In this document: piece after piece, positions 1 through 8,976 of the stretch
Position numbering within the stretch: the stretch's first letter is position 1
How the letters are laid out: each line of letters starts with the position of its first letter
Sequence record: SRR31156797_707
DNA length: 64,000 nucleotides
Strand: one strand, 5' to 3'
Position numbers and translations under genes: made by a program
The notes under the pieces: generated by a model
Told to the model about the DNA's origin: nothing
The model's database searches: none
Seen by the model: only the letters and a program-made list of their open reading frames with translations

Positions 1-171
1 TCTGTATGGACGTCTTTCGCCAGACTGCTGGTTGCGGTCTCTGTCGCCCTGTCTGTAAGGCTGTCTTTCGCCAGACTGTTGGTTACGATCTCTGTCGCCC
101 TGCCTGTATGGCTGTCTTTCGCCAGACTGCTGGTTACGATCTCTGTCACCTTGTCTGTATGGACGTCTTTC
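1..171. repeat. 51-bp coding tandem repeat in infB (17-aa unit RQGDRDRNQQSGER[QR]PY)
   Basis: Copies at 1-51, 52-102 and 103-153, with a partial copy at 154-171; may continue beyond the window edge. Confidence 0.9.
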
Positions 172-840
172 ACCTTGAGGCTGTCTATCGCCTTGAGGAC
201 GTCTATCGCCAGATTGCTGGCGGTTGTCTCTATTATCTCTTTCGCCCTGAGGTCTTCTTTCTGACTGCTGAGGTCTAGCTTGCTTTTCCTCAGTCGCTTT
301 CGGAGCCTCAGTAGATTTCGGAGCTTCAGGTGCAGGTTTCGTCTCAGGCTTCTTTTCAGCTTGAGGTTTCGGAGCTTCCGCTACAGGCTCTGGTTTCGGA
401 GCCGCAGACTGTTTAGGAGCTTCAGCAACAGGGGCAGCAGGTTTCGTCTCCACGGCTGGTTTCGGAGTTTCGATCTGTTCATCCTTTACTGTTTCTCTAT
501 GCTCATCAACTTTACGGATAGTCTTTTCAAGCTTTTTCTTCCTGTCCATGAGTTCCTGTTTGGAGATCTTCTTAGGAGATGATGAAATCTCATCACCGTG
601 CCCGACCTTTACCTCACGTGATCTAGGATGTTTTTTATGTCTTTCCATAGCTTTCTTAAGCATCTCTTGTCTTCTGTCGAGACGGAGGTGCTTAGGGTCA
701 ACGCCGAGAGCTTTTACAGCATCATCATTAACTGTATTGTCATCTGAGACTTTGTGACCGCCATCCTGTATTTTTTTCTTTGTGTCATTCTCGCTGATGC
801 CTAATTTCTTTGCGACATCTGTTATTTTAATTCCAGCCAT
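1..840 (-). CDS. infB: Translation initiation factor IF-2, N-terminal part (runs off the left edge)
   Basis: Not in the ORF track because it has no stop in the window. ATG at 840 reads MAGIKITDVAKKLGISEND..., an IF2-N-like start, followed by Pro/Ala/Glu/Lys-rich and Arg/Gln/Asp-rich low-complexity regions. It sits at the canonical position after nusA-ylxR. Confidence 0.9.
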   Translation of the reverse strand, partial: MAGIKITDVAKKLGISENDTKKKIQDGGHKVSDDNTVNDDAVKALGVDPKHLRLDRRQEMLKKAMERHKKHPRSREVKVGHGDEISSSPKKISKQELMDRKKKLEKTIRKVDEHRETVKDEQIETPKPAVETKPAAPVAEAPKQSAAPKPEPVAEAPKPQAEKKPETKPAPEAPKSTEAPKATEEKQARPQQSERRPQGERDNRDNRQQSGDRRPQGDRQPQGERRPYRQGDRDRNQQSGERQPYRQGDRDRNQQSGERQPYRQGDRDRNQQSGERRPYR

Positions 841-844
841 ATAT

Positions 845-1087
845 TTACCCCGTTTTACGGTTGCGTCTAACAAATTTTTGCAGAGACCTTTGCAATTTTT
901 TCTTATTGATACCGGTTTCTCTGCACTTATCATTCATGCAAACATAAGCACCACGCCCATGCTTGATCTGCCTCTCGTCTGAACACACATCCCCGTCAAA
1001 TACAAACCTCAAAAGCTCGCTTTTAGGTTTTTTTGATCCGCAGGCGACACATGTCCTCTCGGGGGATTCCCCGATATTTTTACTCAT
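845..1087 (-). CDS. ylxR: YlxR (RnpM) family RNA-binding protein
   Basis: PERTCVACG...ELLRF...GRGAYVC motif; lies between nusA and infB. Confidence 0.9.
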   Translation of the reverse strand: MSKNIGESPERTCVACGSKKPKSELLRFVFDGDVCSDERQIKHGRGAYVCMNDKCRETGINKKKLQRSLQKFVRRNRKTG

Positions 1088-2501
1088 TTTCTGTGTCAGG
1101 CTTTATCTCCGCTTCTTCTACAGTTTCTTCTGCTACTTCTGTTTCTTCAGTTTCAACATCTGCATTCTCGTCTTCATCGAAATCTGCATCTGTATCCTCA
1201 TCTTCGTCGTCATCAAGCTCTTCAAGTTTATTTGAGAGGTAGTCAAGAGCCATATTGATTATGGATACTGCCTTATCCTCTTCACACTCAAGAGCTTCTG
1301 AGACTTCGTCAAAGCTCGCATTAGAAAGCTTCTCTATATCATCAAGACCTGCTTCAATGAGGCCGTGAATGTTATCTGCATCGAGTTCTTCGAGGTTGTC
1401 AAGGTTATACATCTCGTAGAAGTCTTTCATCTCCTGTTCCTGATCCTGCATACGCTCTTTTCTGATCTCTGCGTATTCGGACTCTTTCAGAACATCAAGC
1501 CTCCACTCTGTGAGTTTAGCGGCGAGACGTACGTTCTGACCTTTCTTACCTATGGCAAGTGAAAGCTGATCATCAGGAACAACAATCTCAATAGTCTCTT
1601 CGTCTTCGAATACATTAGTAAGAACCACCTCAGCAGGTGAGATAGCGTTGCAAACAAATTTAATAGAATCAGGTGACCACTCTATTACGTCGATCTTTTC
1701 ACCTCTAAGCTCGTTAGAGATAGCGTTGATACGTGAACCTTTAAGACCGATACATGCACCGACTGGGTCGATACTGCTGTTAGTAGTGTAAACAGCGACC
1801 TTTGCTCTGTCCCCCGGCTCTCTCGAAACAGCTTTAACATCGATGATTCCTTCAAATACCTCAGGAATCTCTGTTTCGAAAAGCTTCTTCATAAACTCTG
1901 GGTGAGTTCTTGAGAGGATAAGCTGCGGCCAGCCCTTGACGATTCTGATATCGAGGAGAAGCGCTCTTACATAGTCGCCTCTGTTAAAGAAATCTCCGCC
2001 GATCATCTCACGCTTAGGAAGGACAGCCTCTGTTTTACCAATATTAACGATAAGGTTCTCTCTATCAGTTTTAAGAACAACACCGTTGATAACCTCACCG
2101 ATCTTATCCTGAAACTGATCGAGAACAACCTGCTTCTCAGCTTCACGGAGCTTTTCAAAAAGCTTCTGTTTAGCAACTAGTGCAGCCTGTCTTCCGAGTT
2201 CCTCAAGTGTTGTAGGAACCATAATTACATCACCGAGCTGAGGATTTTCTTTAAACTCATCAGCTACATCTATATGAATTTCTGTAAATTTCTCTTCTAC
2301 ACTTTCACACACTTCTTTAGGAAGAAGTATTTCAATTGTACCTTTTTCAATATCAACTTCTACATCTGGTTCAAGGAGTTTGCCGATCTTTCTTGCTACA
2401 GCAGCGAATATCGCCTCTTCCAGTGCCTCCTGAAGAAGCTCTCTGGCGATACCTTTTTCTCTGCCGATCTCATCGACAACTTTTGTCAGTTCCTTGCTCA
2501 T
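1080..2501 (-). CDS. nusA: Transcription termination/antitermination factor NusA
   Basis: S1 and KH domains (REPGDRAKVAV, DPVGACIG, QLSLAIGKKGQNVRLA); acidic C-terminal tail. Confidence 0.98.
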   Translation of the reverse strand: MSKELTKVVDEIGREKGIARELLQEALEEAIFAAVARKIGKLLEPDVEVDIEKGTIEILLPKEVCESVEEKFTEIHIDVADEFKENPQLGDVIMVPTTLEELGRQAALVAKQKLFEKLREAEKQVVLDQFQDKIGEVINGVVLKTDRENLIVNIGKTEAVLPKREMIGGDFFNRGDYVRALLLDIRIVKGWPQLILSRTHPEFMKKLFETEIPEVFEGIIDVKAVSREPGDRAKVAVYTTNSSIDPVGACIGLKGSRINAISNELRGEKIDVIEWSPDSIKFVCNAISPAEVVLTNVFEDEETIEIVVPDDQLSLAIGKKGQNVRLAAKLTEWRLDVLKESEYAEIRKERMQDQEQEMKDFYEMYNLDNLEELDADNIHGLIEAGLDDIEKLSNASFDEVSEALECEEDKAVSIINMALDYLSNKLEELDDDEDEDTDADFDEDENADVETEETEVAEETVEEAEIKPDTENE

Positions 2502-2595
2502 CTTTCCTCCTAATAAGGCTTTCAGCCTTTACGGAATATGTATTTATTCTTTACAGAGAGTTAGTTATGATTACTCACTCCCTGATTTTAAGCAC

Positions 2596-2621
2596 AAAAA
2601 AAGTGGGCACAATGCCCACTT
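2596..2621 (-). terminator. Leader hairpin or attenuator upstream of nusA (rimP-leader-like)
   Basis: Minus strand reads AAGTGGGCA-TTG-TGCCCACTT continuing into a run of 7 T, about 100 nt upstream of nusA. Confidence 0.7.
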
Positions 2622-2629
2622 CGATTTAA

Positions 2630-2658
2630 TTTCTATCATAGTTTCAGCCCTATTGCAA
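2630..2658 (-). promoter_or_regulatory. Putative sigma70 promoter for nusA-ylxR-infB
   Basis: TTGCAA-N17-TAGAAA with an extended TG; predicted +1 just before the hairpin. Confidence 0.55.
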
Positions 2659-2677
2659 GAGTTTAATTTCAGTAAAC

Positions 2678-3163
2678 CTAAAACTCTACAACAAGATTTG
2701 CCTTAGATATATCGTCAAGCTCAAGTGCGAAGGATTTGCTCTCCTTTTCAACGTAAAGGGTTACCTTACCCTCTTCTACAGAATCAATCTTCCCTGTATA
2801 GCTCTGTCTGCCTGATTCATCTTTTGATTTAGTGATTATTTTGCACTTCTTACCTATGAACCTGCCGAAGTCTTTCTCACTGCGTAGGGGTCTTTCAAGC
2901 CCGGGTGTGGAGACTTCCAGGTTATATTTATCAAACGGGACAATGCTTTCGTCACTGTCCAGATAAGCAGATATAGCCTTACTAGCGTCTGTACAGTCCT
3001 TAATCCCTGGTCCAGCCTCTTTATCTACTGTGATGCGCATAACCATTCCGCTGCGTTCACTGCGGAGAGTCATGCTGAAAAGCTCTAGTCCATTCTCTTC
3101 GAGGACCCTGACGATCTCCGGTTTTATCTTATCTGTAATGTACTTATTCGTGTTTTTTTTCAT
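2678..3163 (-). CDS. rimP: Ribosome maturation factor RimP
   Basis: YNLEVSTPGLERPL motif; upstream of nusA. Confidence 0.95.
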   Translation of the reverse strand: MKKNTNKYITDKIKPEIVRVLEENGLELFSMTLRSERSGMVMRITVDKEAGPGIKDCTDASKAISAYLDSDESIVPFDKYNLEVSTPGLERPLRSEKDFGRFIGKKCKIITKSKDESGRQSYTGKIDSVEEGKVTLYVEKESKSFALELDDISKANLVVEF

Positions 3164-4047
3164 ATAAATATGTGACCGTTTTTAAATGACGTGACTCTTT
3201 CAAGGAATTTAACAGCTACACTATGATCTTCGCATCCGTGACCGGCAAGATTAATCCCAGGCTTGATTCTGTCGCCGTGGAAGTCGCTTCCGGCAGTGAT
3301 CAGATAGTCGTTATCCTTTGCAAAACTGTTATAGAATTTCACATCTTCCTCGTTGTGATAGGATGAGTAAACCTCAAGTCCGTCAACACCATCAATCATA
3401 AGCTCTTCAATCTTTCTGTCAGTGTAAAGCTTTGGATGCGCAATGGAAAGAACACACTTATTTTTCATCTTTTCAACCACTTCATGGAAATCAAGCAGCC
3501 TGACATCAACATATGCCAAACCGCCCTTTGTAAAGTAGTCAAAATAGAAATTTGTATATGGTGAAACAGATTTCTCCCCCTCAAGGTAATCGTAGAGAGC
3601 TTCTCTGTTTTCTGTGTATCTTGCTAAAACCTGAAGCATGGTCACACCGGAAGGCATTTTACCTCCGGAAGCTTTCATAACTTCCTTATAATCTACACGG
3701 AAGCCTATATCCTGTAGCTTTTCAACCCTCAGCTCTGCCTGATGGTTTTTATTACGGTTAAACTTTTCAAGGATGCTCCCGAGCACAGGGCAGCTAGCGT
3801 CATAGCCGTAAGCGCAAACGTGAACCTCTCTGTCGCCGTGATAAAGAGAGAGCTCCACCCCGTTGACAAATAAGGTATGTCCCCCGAATTTACAGTCGTA
3901 CCATTTCATTACATCAGCAGACGCAACAGAGTTGTGGTCTGTGATAGAGAAGAGGTTTATCCCTCTTGATCTGGTTATTGTAAGAATCTCGTACGGGGTC
4001 AGCACACCATCTGAGCTGTTGTCAGTATGCATGTGCAGATCAAACAT
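3160..4047 (-). CDS. PHP-domain metal-dependent phosphoesterase (TrpH/YciV-like)
   Basis: DLHMHT..SDG, ITDHN, AHP and GSDFHG motifs; start at ATG 4047 or TTG 4065. Confidence 0.85.
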   Translation of the reverse strand: MFDLHMHTDNSSDGVLTPYEILTITRSRGINLFSITDHNSVASADVMKWYDCKFGGHTLFVNGVELSLYHGDREVHVCAYGYDASCPVLGSILEKFNRNKNHQAELRVEKLQDIGFRVDYKEVMKASGGKMPSGVTMLQVLARYTENREALYDYLEGEKSVSPYTNFYFDYFTKGGLAYVDVRLLDFHEVVEKMKNKCVLSIAHPKLYTDRKIEELMIDGVDGLEVYSSYHNEEDVKFYNSFAKDNDYLITAGSDFHGDRIKPGINLAGHGCEDHSVAVKFLERVTSFKNGHIFI

Positions 4048-4080
4048 ATTTACCTTAAAGTTCAACGTTTAAGCTCCAAG

Positions 4081-4650
4081 TTAGATATTATATCCAGTAT
4101 CAAAGGCTTTAAGATTAAGCTCGATAGTTTTCGGCGGAACCCTGTCTTTTATAGCCTGCTCCCACGCCTCTCTTTTAAGAGGAACATTCTTAGCGAGGAT
4201 ACCTAAAACAATCATTCCGGCGATCTTAGGGTTACCTATCTCCATAGCCTTAGTTATCGCATCAGTTTCATAAACTTCGTTAAATTTCTTTTTCACATCA
4301 ACAACTTTATCATCAGGATACTCTTGTGTACCATCAGCGACAGTCATAGGCGCAATCACCTGAGTATTAAGTATAAGCTTAGTATCCTTGTTATGATAAT
4401 CCATATATCTGAGGAATTCCATTCTTTCGAAAGAAACAATCACATCAGCACCGTGATCAGGGATAGTAGGTGAGAAAACCTCGTCGCCTATCCTTATATG
4501 AGTTACAACGGAGCCGCCCCTTTGAGCCATACCATGGATTTCACTCTTTTTAACATCAAAACCGTTCGCCAGAGCAACATCGCATACAATGTTACTTGAA
4601 AGGACAGTACCCTGACCGCCAACACCAACCATAAGTATATCAAGTTTCAT
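4081..4650 (-). CDS. iorB: Indolepyruvate:ferredoxin oxidoreductase beta subunit
   Basis: GVGGQG, EIHGMAQRGGSV and NLKAF motifs; coupled to iorA. Confidence 0.93.
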   Translation of the reverse strand: MKLDILMVGVGGQGTVLSSNIVCDVALANGFDVKKSEIHGMAQRGGSVVTHIRIGDEVFSPTIPDHGADVIVSFERMEFLRYMDYHNKDTKLILNTQVIAPMTVADGTQEYPDDKVVDVKKKFNEVYETDAITKAMEIGNPKIAGMIVLGILAKNVPLKREAWEQAIKDRVPPKTIELNLKAFDTGYNI

Positions 4651-6386
4651 TATTTGCTCCTCTGCTCTATTGCGCCGAATTTACATACTTTTATACAGAG
4701 GTGACACCCTGTGCAGAGTGTCTCATCTATAATAGCTTTTCTGTTTTCGTCATCCCAGAGGATAGCCGGACAGCCGAGCTTTGTACAAACCTTACAGCCT
4801 GCACACTCGTCTTCTTTGATGAAATATGATTGCTCTATAACGCTTCTGTCAGCGAATATACAAGGCTTATTAGTGATAACCACACTTGGCTCTTTCTTAG
4901 CTGTTTCCTCTTTAAGAACCTCCATACAGGCTGTCACGTCGAACGGATCAACCACACGGATGTTCTCAGGCTTAACACCTATAGATTTGCAAAGTGTTAC
5001 ATAGTCTATCTTAGGAGCCGGAGCACCATGAATATCACAGCCGGAACCAGCGTTAGCCTGATGTCCTGTCATACCTGTGATTGAGTTATCAAGGATTATC
5101 GTTGTAGAGTTACCTTGGTTATATACTGTATTAATGAGTGAATTTATACCTGTGTGAAGAAAAGTTGAGTCGCCGATAACACCGACAGACTTTTCAGACA
5201 TCCCTTCTGCTGCCTTATCAAGACCGTGCGCCATACCTATAGAAGCACCCATGCAAACTGTAGTATTAATAGCTTTAAGAGGCGGGAGAAGACCGAGTGT
5301 ATAGCACCCGATATCACCTGTTACAAAAAGCTTAAGTCTGTTAATAGCGTAGAACATCCCTCTGTGGGAGCAACCAGGGCACATTACAGGCGGACGGAAA
5401 GGGAGAGATGTATCAGGCTCAACCTCGTACTCCTCACCGCTGAAAAGTGCCTTAACAGCGTCAACAGAGAGCTCACCGCAAAGTGATCTGTCTATCCGCT
5501 CTATCTCTATGCCTGCGGCTTTGATCTCTGTCTCAAAGAAAGGATCAAGCTCTTCTATAACGTAAAGCTTATCAACCTGCTCGCTGAAAGCTTTGATCTT
5601 TTTCATAGGGAGAGGCCATACCATATCAAGCTTCAGTGTGGAAGCCTCTGGCTGTGCCTCGCGAACATAATTATAAGCGACACCAGCACAGACAACACCT
5701 ACGGACTTATCTCTGATTACGACCTTATTATACTTATCGCCTTCAGCAAGCTCTGTGAGCTCCTCAAGTCTGTTTTCAACTACTTTATGCTTTCTGCGTG
5801 CATTCCCCGGTATCATAACCCATTTCTGTATGTCGTTTTCAGGCTCGAAGTGAGGAGCCTCAACTCTGTCCATAAGCTCTACTACTGTCTGAGTGTGTGA
5901 TACTCTTGTGCATGAACGAACAAGCACAGGGGTGCAAAACTCTTCAGAGAGAGCGAATGCATCCTTTGTAAACTGCTTAGCCTCAGCACTGTCACAAGGC
6001 TCAAGCATAGGCATCTTGCCAAATCTGGCGTAATGTCTGCTGTCCTGCTCGTTTTGTGAGCTGTACATATTCGGGTCGTCTGCGACTATGGCAACCAATC
6101 CGGCGTTAACGCCTGTATAAGAGAGTGTCATGATAGGGTCAGAAGCGACATTAAGACCGACATGCTTCATGCAAGTCATAGTACGCTTACCACCGAGGGA
6201 TGCACCTATTGCAACCTCCATAGCGACCTTTTCGTTTGTAGCCCACTCTGTGTAAAACTCATCGTAATGAGCACAATTTTCAGTAATTTCAGTGCTAGGA
6301 GTTCCAGGGTAAGAAGATACCACTCCGACTCCAGCTTCGAACGCGGCTCTGGCGAATGCCTCGTTACCGCTTAAAACTTTTTTCAT
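4650..6386 (-). CDS. iorA: Indolepyruvate:ferredoxin oxidoreductase alpha subunit
   Basis: SYPGTPSTEI, NEKVA, MKHVGLNVA, RPPVMCPGC and TPP-binding GDSTF..N motifs; two C-terminal 4Fe-4S motifs; start chosen at the TAATG overlap. Confidence 0.95.
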   Translation of the reverse strand: MKKVLSGNEAFARAAFEAGVGVVSSYPGTPSTEITENCAHYDEFYTEWATNEKVAMEVAIGASLGGKRTMTCMKHVGLNVASDPIMTLSYTGVNAGLVAIVADDPNMYSSQNEQDSRHYARFGKMPMLEPCDSAEAKQFTKDAFALSEEFCTPVLVRSCTRVSHTQTVVELMDRVEAPHFEPENDIQKWVMIPGNARRKHKVVENRLEELTELAEGDKYNKVVIRDKSVGVVCAGVAYNYVREAQPEASTLKLDMVWPLPMKKIKAFSEQVDKLYVIEELDPFFETEIKAAGIEIERIDRSLCGELSVDAVKALFSGEEYEVEPDTSLPFRPPVMCPGCSHRGMFYAINRLKLFVTGDIGCYTLGLLPPLKAINTTVCMGASIGMAHGLDKAAEGMSEKSVGVIGDSTFLHTGINSLINTVYNQGNSTTIILDNSITGMTGHQANAGSGCDIHGAPAPKIDYVTLCKSIGVKPENIRVVDPFDVTACMEVLKEETAKKEPSVVITNKPCIFADRSVIEQSYFIKEDECAGCKVCTKLGCPAILWDDENRKAIIDETLCTGCHLCIKVCKFGAIEQRSK

Positions 6387-6958
6387 TAACCGTTCCACCT
6401 TTCAATTTGCTTATAAAGTGCATTCTCAGGATATTTCTCTTTGAACGCTTCCATTATCTCATTCTTTTTAGAATCATCAGCCGCAAGATAAGCTCTGTAG
6501 TACCAGAGTGCTGTCATCTTACCTGTATTAAGATATTCTTCAGGGTTGACACCTGCCATACCCGTATCGAACTTAAGTCCGTCTGCAATCTCTTTGAACT
6601 CACCGCCCACATTAGCAAGAACCTTGTCTGCACCAGCTTTGCCATTAGTTGTGAGAACCTGACCAGCTTTAAGGTTTATATAATCGCCAAGATCTGGGTA
6701 TTCATCAGCCATGGCTGTATACTGCTCAACCTGAGACTCAGCTCCGGCGGAGAGTGTAAGGAGCATCTCAACCTGTCCAACTTTATTAACCATCATATCA
6801 GCTTTAGAATCACTGACATTCTTGAATGCATAACCAGCGATAAATATAACAAGGATAGCTGCGATACCTATCAGAAGTTTCTTATAGTTGTTCGCAAGGA
6901 AAAGATCCATCTTATCTACGGGAGCTTCTTCTACCTGTTGCTGTTTTTTTCTGTTCAC
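6386..6958 (-). CDS. Single-pass membrane protein, YfgM/TPR-like
   Basis: N-terminal FLANNYKKLLIGIAAILVIFIAGY transmembrane segment followed by a helical domain; coupled on both sides. Confidence 0.55.
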   Translation of the reverse strand: MNRKKQQQVEEAPVDKMDLFLANNYKKLLIGIAAILVIFIAGYAFKNVSDSKADMMVNKVGQVEMLLTLSAGAESQVEQYTAMADEYPDLGDYINLKAGQVLTTNGKAGADKVLANVGGEFKEIADGLKFDTGMAGVNPEEYLNTGKMTALWYYRAYLAADDSKKNEIMEAFKEKYPENALYKQIERWNG

Positions 6959-6959
6959 T

Positions 6960-7622
6960 TTAAGCCTCCAGAGAATTTAAAAAGATTTTTTTATTATTAT
7001 CAAATATTTTGTTTATTTGCACTTCATTTAGTCCTGCACCGGTAAGGATTTTGACCGCCATCTCAGGGCTGACTCTGTCTCCTGGTGAGTGATAGTCGTT
7101 ATTTATCACCATCTCGCCACCGAATTCAAGTACCTTTTTCACAACATGACCGTTAGTTATGCTGTGTCCCTTCCTTGTTGTCACTTCGAAGAAAACCCCA
7201 TTTTCGACACCCTTCTTTACGGCCTCATCTGATATAAGCCCCGGGTGTGCAAGAACATCTACTCCCGCCTCAACAGCGGCGAGATTTGTACCCTCTTCCA
7301 CCGGTTCAGTGATAGTCTCACCGTGTACAACGATAATGTCAGCACCAGCAGCACGAGCCTTCTTGGTAAGTGGAGCGATCTGCGACGGTGTGACATGAGT
7401 AAGCTCAAGCCCTACAATGACTTTAAAGTCTTTTTTCTGAGCGTTAAATAACTCTTTAAACCTGAGTTGATTTTCAAGAATATGCATATAGTTGGATTCG
7501 TCAGCATGATCAGTGAATGCCATACCAAAGTATCCGTCCATCTCAGCTCTTCTCGCTGACTCAGCAGGGATAAGAGCCCCGTCTGAGAATGTCGTATGCG
7601 TGTGTAGATCGTACATCTTCAT
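6960..7622 (-). CDS. PHP-domain protein (histidinol-phosphatase-like family)
   Basis: DLHTHTTFSDG, FTDHAD, VVHGETITEPV, LAHPG and NNDYH motifs. Confidence 0.85.
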   Translation of the reverse strand: MKMYDLHTHTTFSDGALIPAESARRAEMDGYFGMAFTDHADESNYMHILENQLRFKELFNAQKKDFKVIVGLELTHVTPSQIAPLTKKARAAGADIIVVHGETITEPVEEGTNLAAVEAGVDVLAHPGLISDEAVKKGVENGVFFEVTTRKGHSITNGHVVKKVLEFGGEMVINNDYHSPGDRVSPEMAVKILTGAGLNEVQINKIFDNNKKIFLNSLEA

Positions 7623-8311
7623 TACTTTACCGTCCTGCTGCTTGACTCGAGGAACTCTGTGATAATAGTAAGGACTTCATCCGCTGTGTCAACCACATTA
7701 AATAGTGACATATCAGAATCGCTGATATAACCGTCCTCAAGCATTCTGTTCTGAATCCAGTCCACCATCCCGCACCAGTAGTCTCTACCTACCAGTATGA
7801 TTGGGAATGGAAGAATTTTACCTGTCTGTATAAGAGTAATAGACTCAAAAAGTTCATCTAAAGTTCCGAACCCGCCAGGGAGAACTACGAATGCGTTTGC
7901 GTATTTAACAAGCATTACTTTGCGCACAAAGAAATAATCGAATGTAATGGATTTTGTAACGTAAGGGTTGGCATGTTGTTCAAAAGGGAGCTCAATATTA
8001 AGCCCGATAGAAATACCGCCGGCATCATGTGCGCCTCTGTTAGCCGCCTCCATAATACCAGGACCTCCGCCTGTAAGGACTGTTACACCCTCTTTTGCAA
8101 GCTTGTTACCTATTTCGTGGGCGAGTACGTATCTTGGATCCCCCTCTTTAACTCTGGCAGAGCCGAAAACGGTTACCGCAGGGTCAATTCTCGAGAGTTT
8201 TTCAAACCCCTCGATGAATTCTGCGAGTATCTTAAAGATTCGCCAAGTGTCACCAACTTTCAGATCGTCAATGAGATATTGCATGTCATTATTATTAAAA
8301 CAATCTTTCAT
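7622..8311 (-). CDS. LOG family (TIGR00730) phosphoribohydrolase
   Basis: FGSAR, TGGGPGIMEAAN and PGGFGTLDE motifs. Confidence 0.92.
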   Translation of the reverse strand: MKDCFNNNDMQYLIDDLKVGDTWRIFKILAEFIEGFEKLSRIDPAVTVFGSARVKEGDPRYVLAHEIGNKLAKEGVTVLTGGGPGIMEAANRGAHDAGGISIGLNIELPFEQHANPYVTKSITFDYFFVRKVMLVKYANAFVVLPGGFGTLDELFESITLIQTGKILPFPIILVGRDYWCGMVDWIQNRMLEDGYISDSDMSLFNVVDTADEVLTIITEFLESSSRTVK

Positions 8312-8343
8312 CTAGCACCTTGTGTAATAAAGTAGAGTCAATC

Positions 8344-8372
8344 AATTTACACAACTTTACATTTTATATCAA
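8344..8372 (-). promoter_or_regulatory. Putative sigma70 promoter for the LOG to rimP run
   Basis: TTGATA-N17-TAAATT; SD-like AAGGTG before the ATG. Confidence 0.5.
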
Positions 8373-8478
8373 GAATGGATATTGACATTTATTATTTAAG
8401 TTGTTAATCAATGCGTAAGAAAATAAATACTTAAAGTGCTAATGTACTCTGCGAACGTTTACCGATTTAACTATTTTC

Positions 8479-8507
8479 TTGACAGTTTTATATTAGTACA
8501 CTAATTT
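8479..8507 (+). promoter_or_regulatory. Sigma70 promoter with an overlapping palindromic operator (probable MarR autorepression site)
   Basis: TTGACA (8479)-N17-TAATTT (8502); palindrome ATTAGT-AC-ACTAAT at 8492-8505. Confidence 0.7.
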
Positions 8508-8513
8508 AGCAAT

Positions 8514-8948
8514 ATGTTAGGATTAGATGATTCACTACTTTTTTTGATTAATAGGTCGGCTACACTAGCCAGACAAGAATTTGAGAGCAGACTCAGACAG
8601 TTTGACCTTACACCTGCGCAATGGGCTGTGCTCATTAGACTTTCAGAACAGGACGGGCTCAATATGACTGAGCTCGGACAACTCCTTTATTTCGACAAGC
8701 CAACTACCACTGGTGTAGTTAACAGACTTGTTAAAAAGAAATATGTCAAAAAGGTTAAAAACCGCAAAGACAGAAGGGTAACACACGTATTCATCACCGA
8801 TGCTGGTAAAGAAGCACTCATCCCTGTAGAGCCTATCACTGACTTCTACAGAGAGAACTTCTTCAAAGGTATCTCAAACGAAGACTACGAAAGTGCTAAA
8901 GAAGTTGTAAGAACTGTTATCAAAAACATCAAAGAATCTGGTGGTTAA
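8514..8948 (+). CDS. MarR family transcriptional regulator
   Basis: LTPAQWAVL, winged helix-turn-helix and DRRVTHVFITDAG wing motif. Confidence 0.95.
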   Translation: MLGLDDSLLFLINRSATLARQEFESRLRQFDLTPAQWAVLIRLSEQDGLNMTELGQLLYFDKPTTTGVVNRLVKKKYVKKVKNRKDRRVTHVFITDAGKEALIPVEPITDFYRENFFKGISNEDYESAKEVVRTVIKNIKESGG

Positions 8949-8976
8949 ATAACGTATTGCTAAAAGGAATTTTAGC

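Noticed and set aside
1..171. Regularly spaced repeats resembling a CRISPR array
   Set aside because: The units are contiguous 51-mers with no unique spacers, in frame within infB, and no cas genes are present
6..982. Several plus-strand ORFs of 61-100 aa
   Set aside because: Antisense shadows of the low-complexity infB and ylxR region
6356..7045. 229-aa plus-strand ORF
   Set aside because: Antisense to coupled minus-strand genes, with no recognisable motifs
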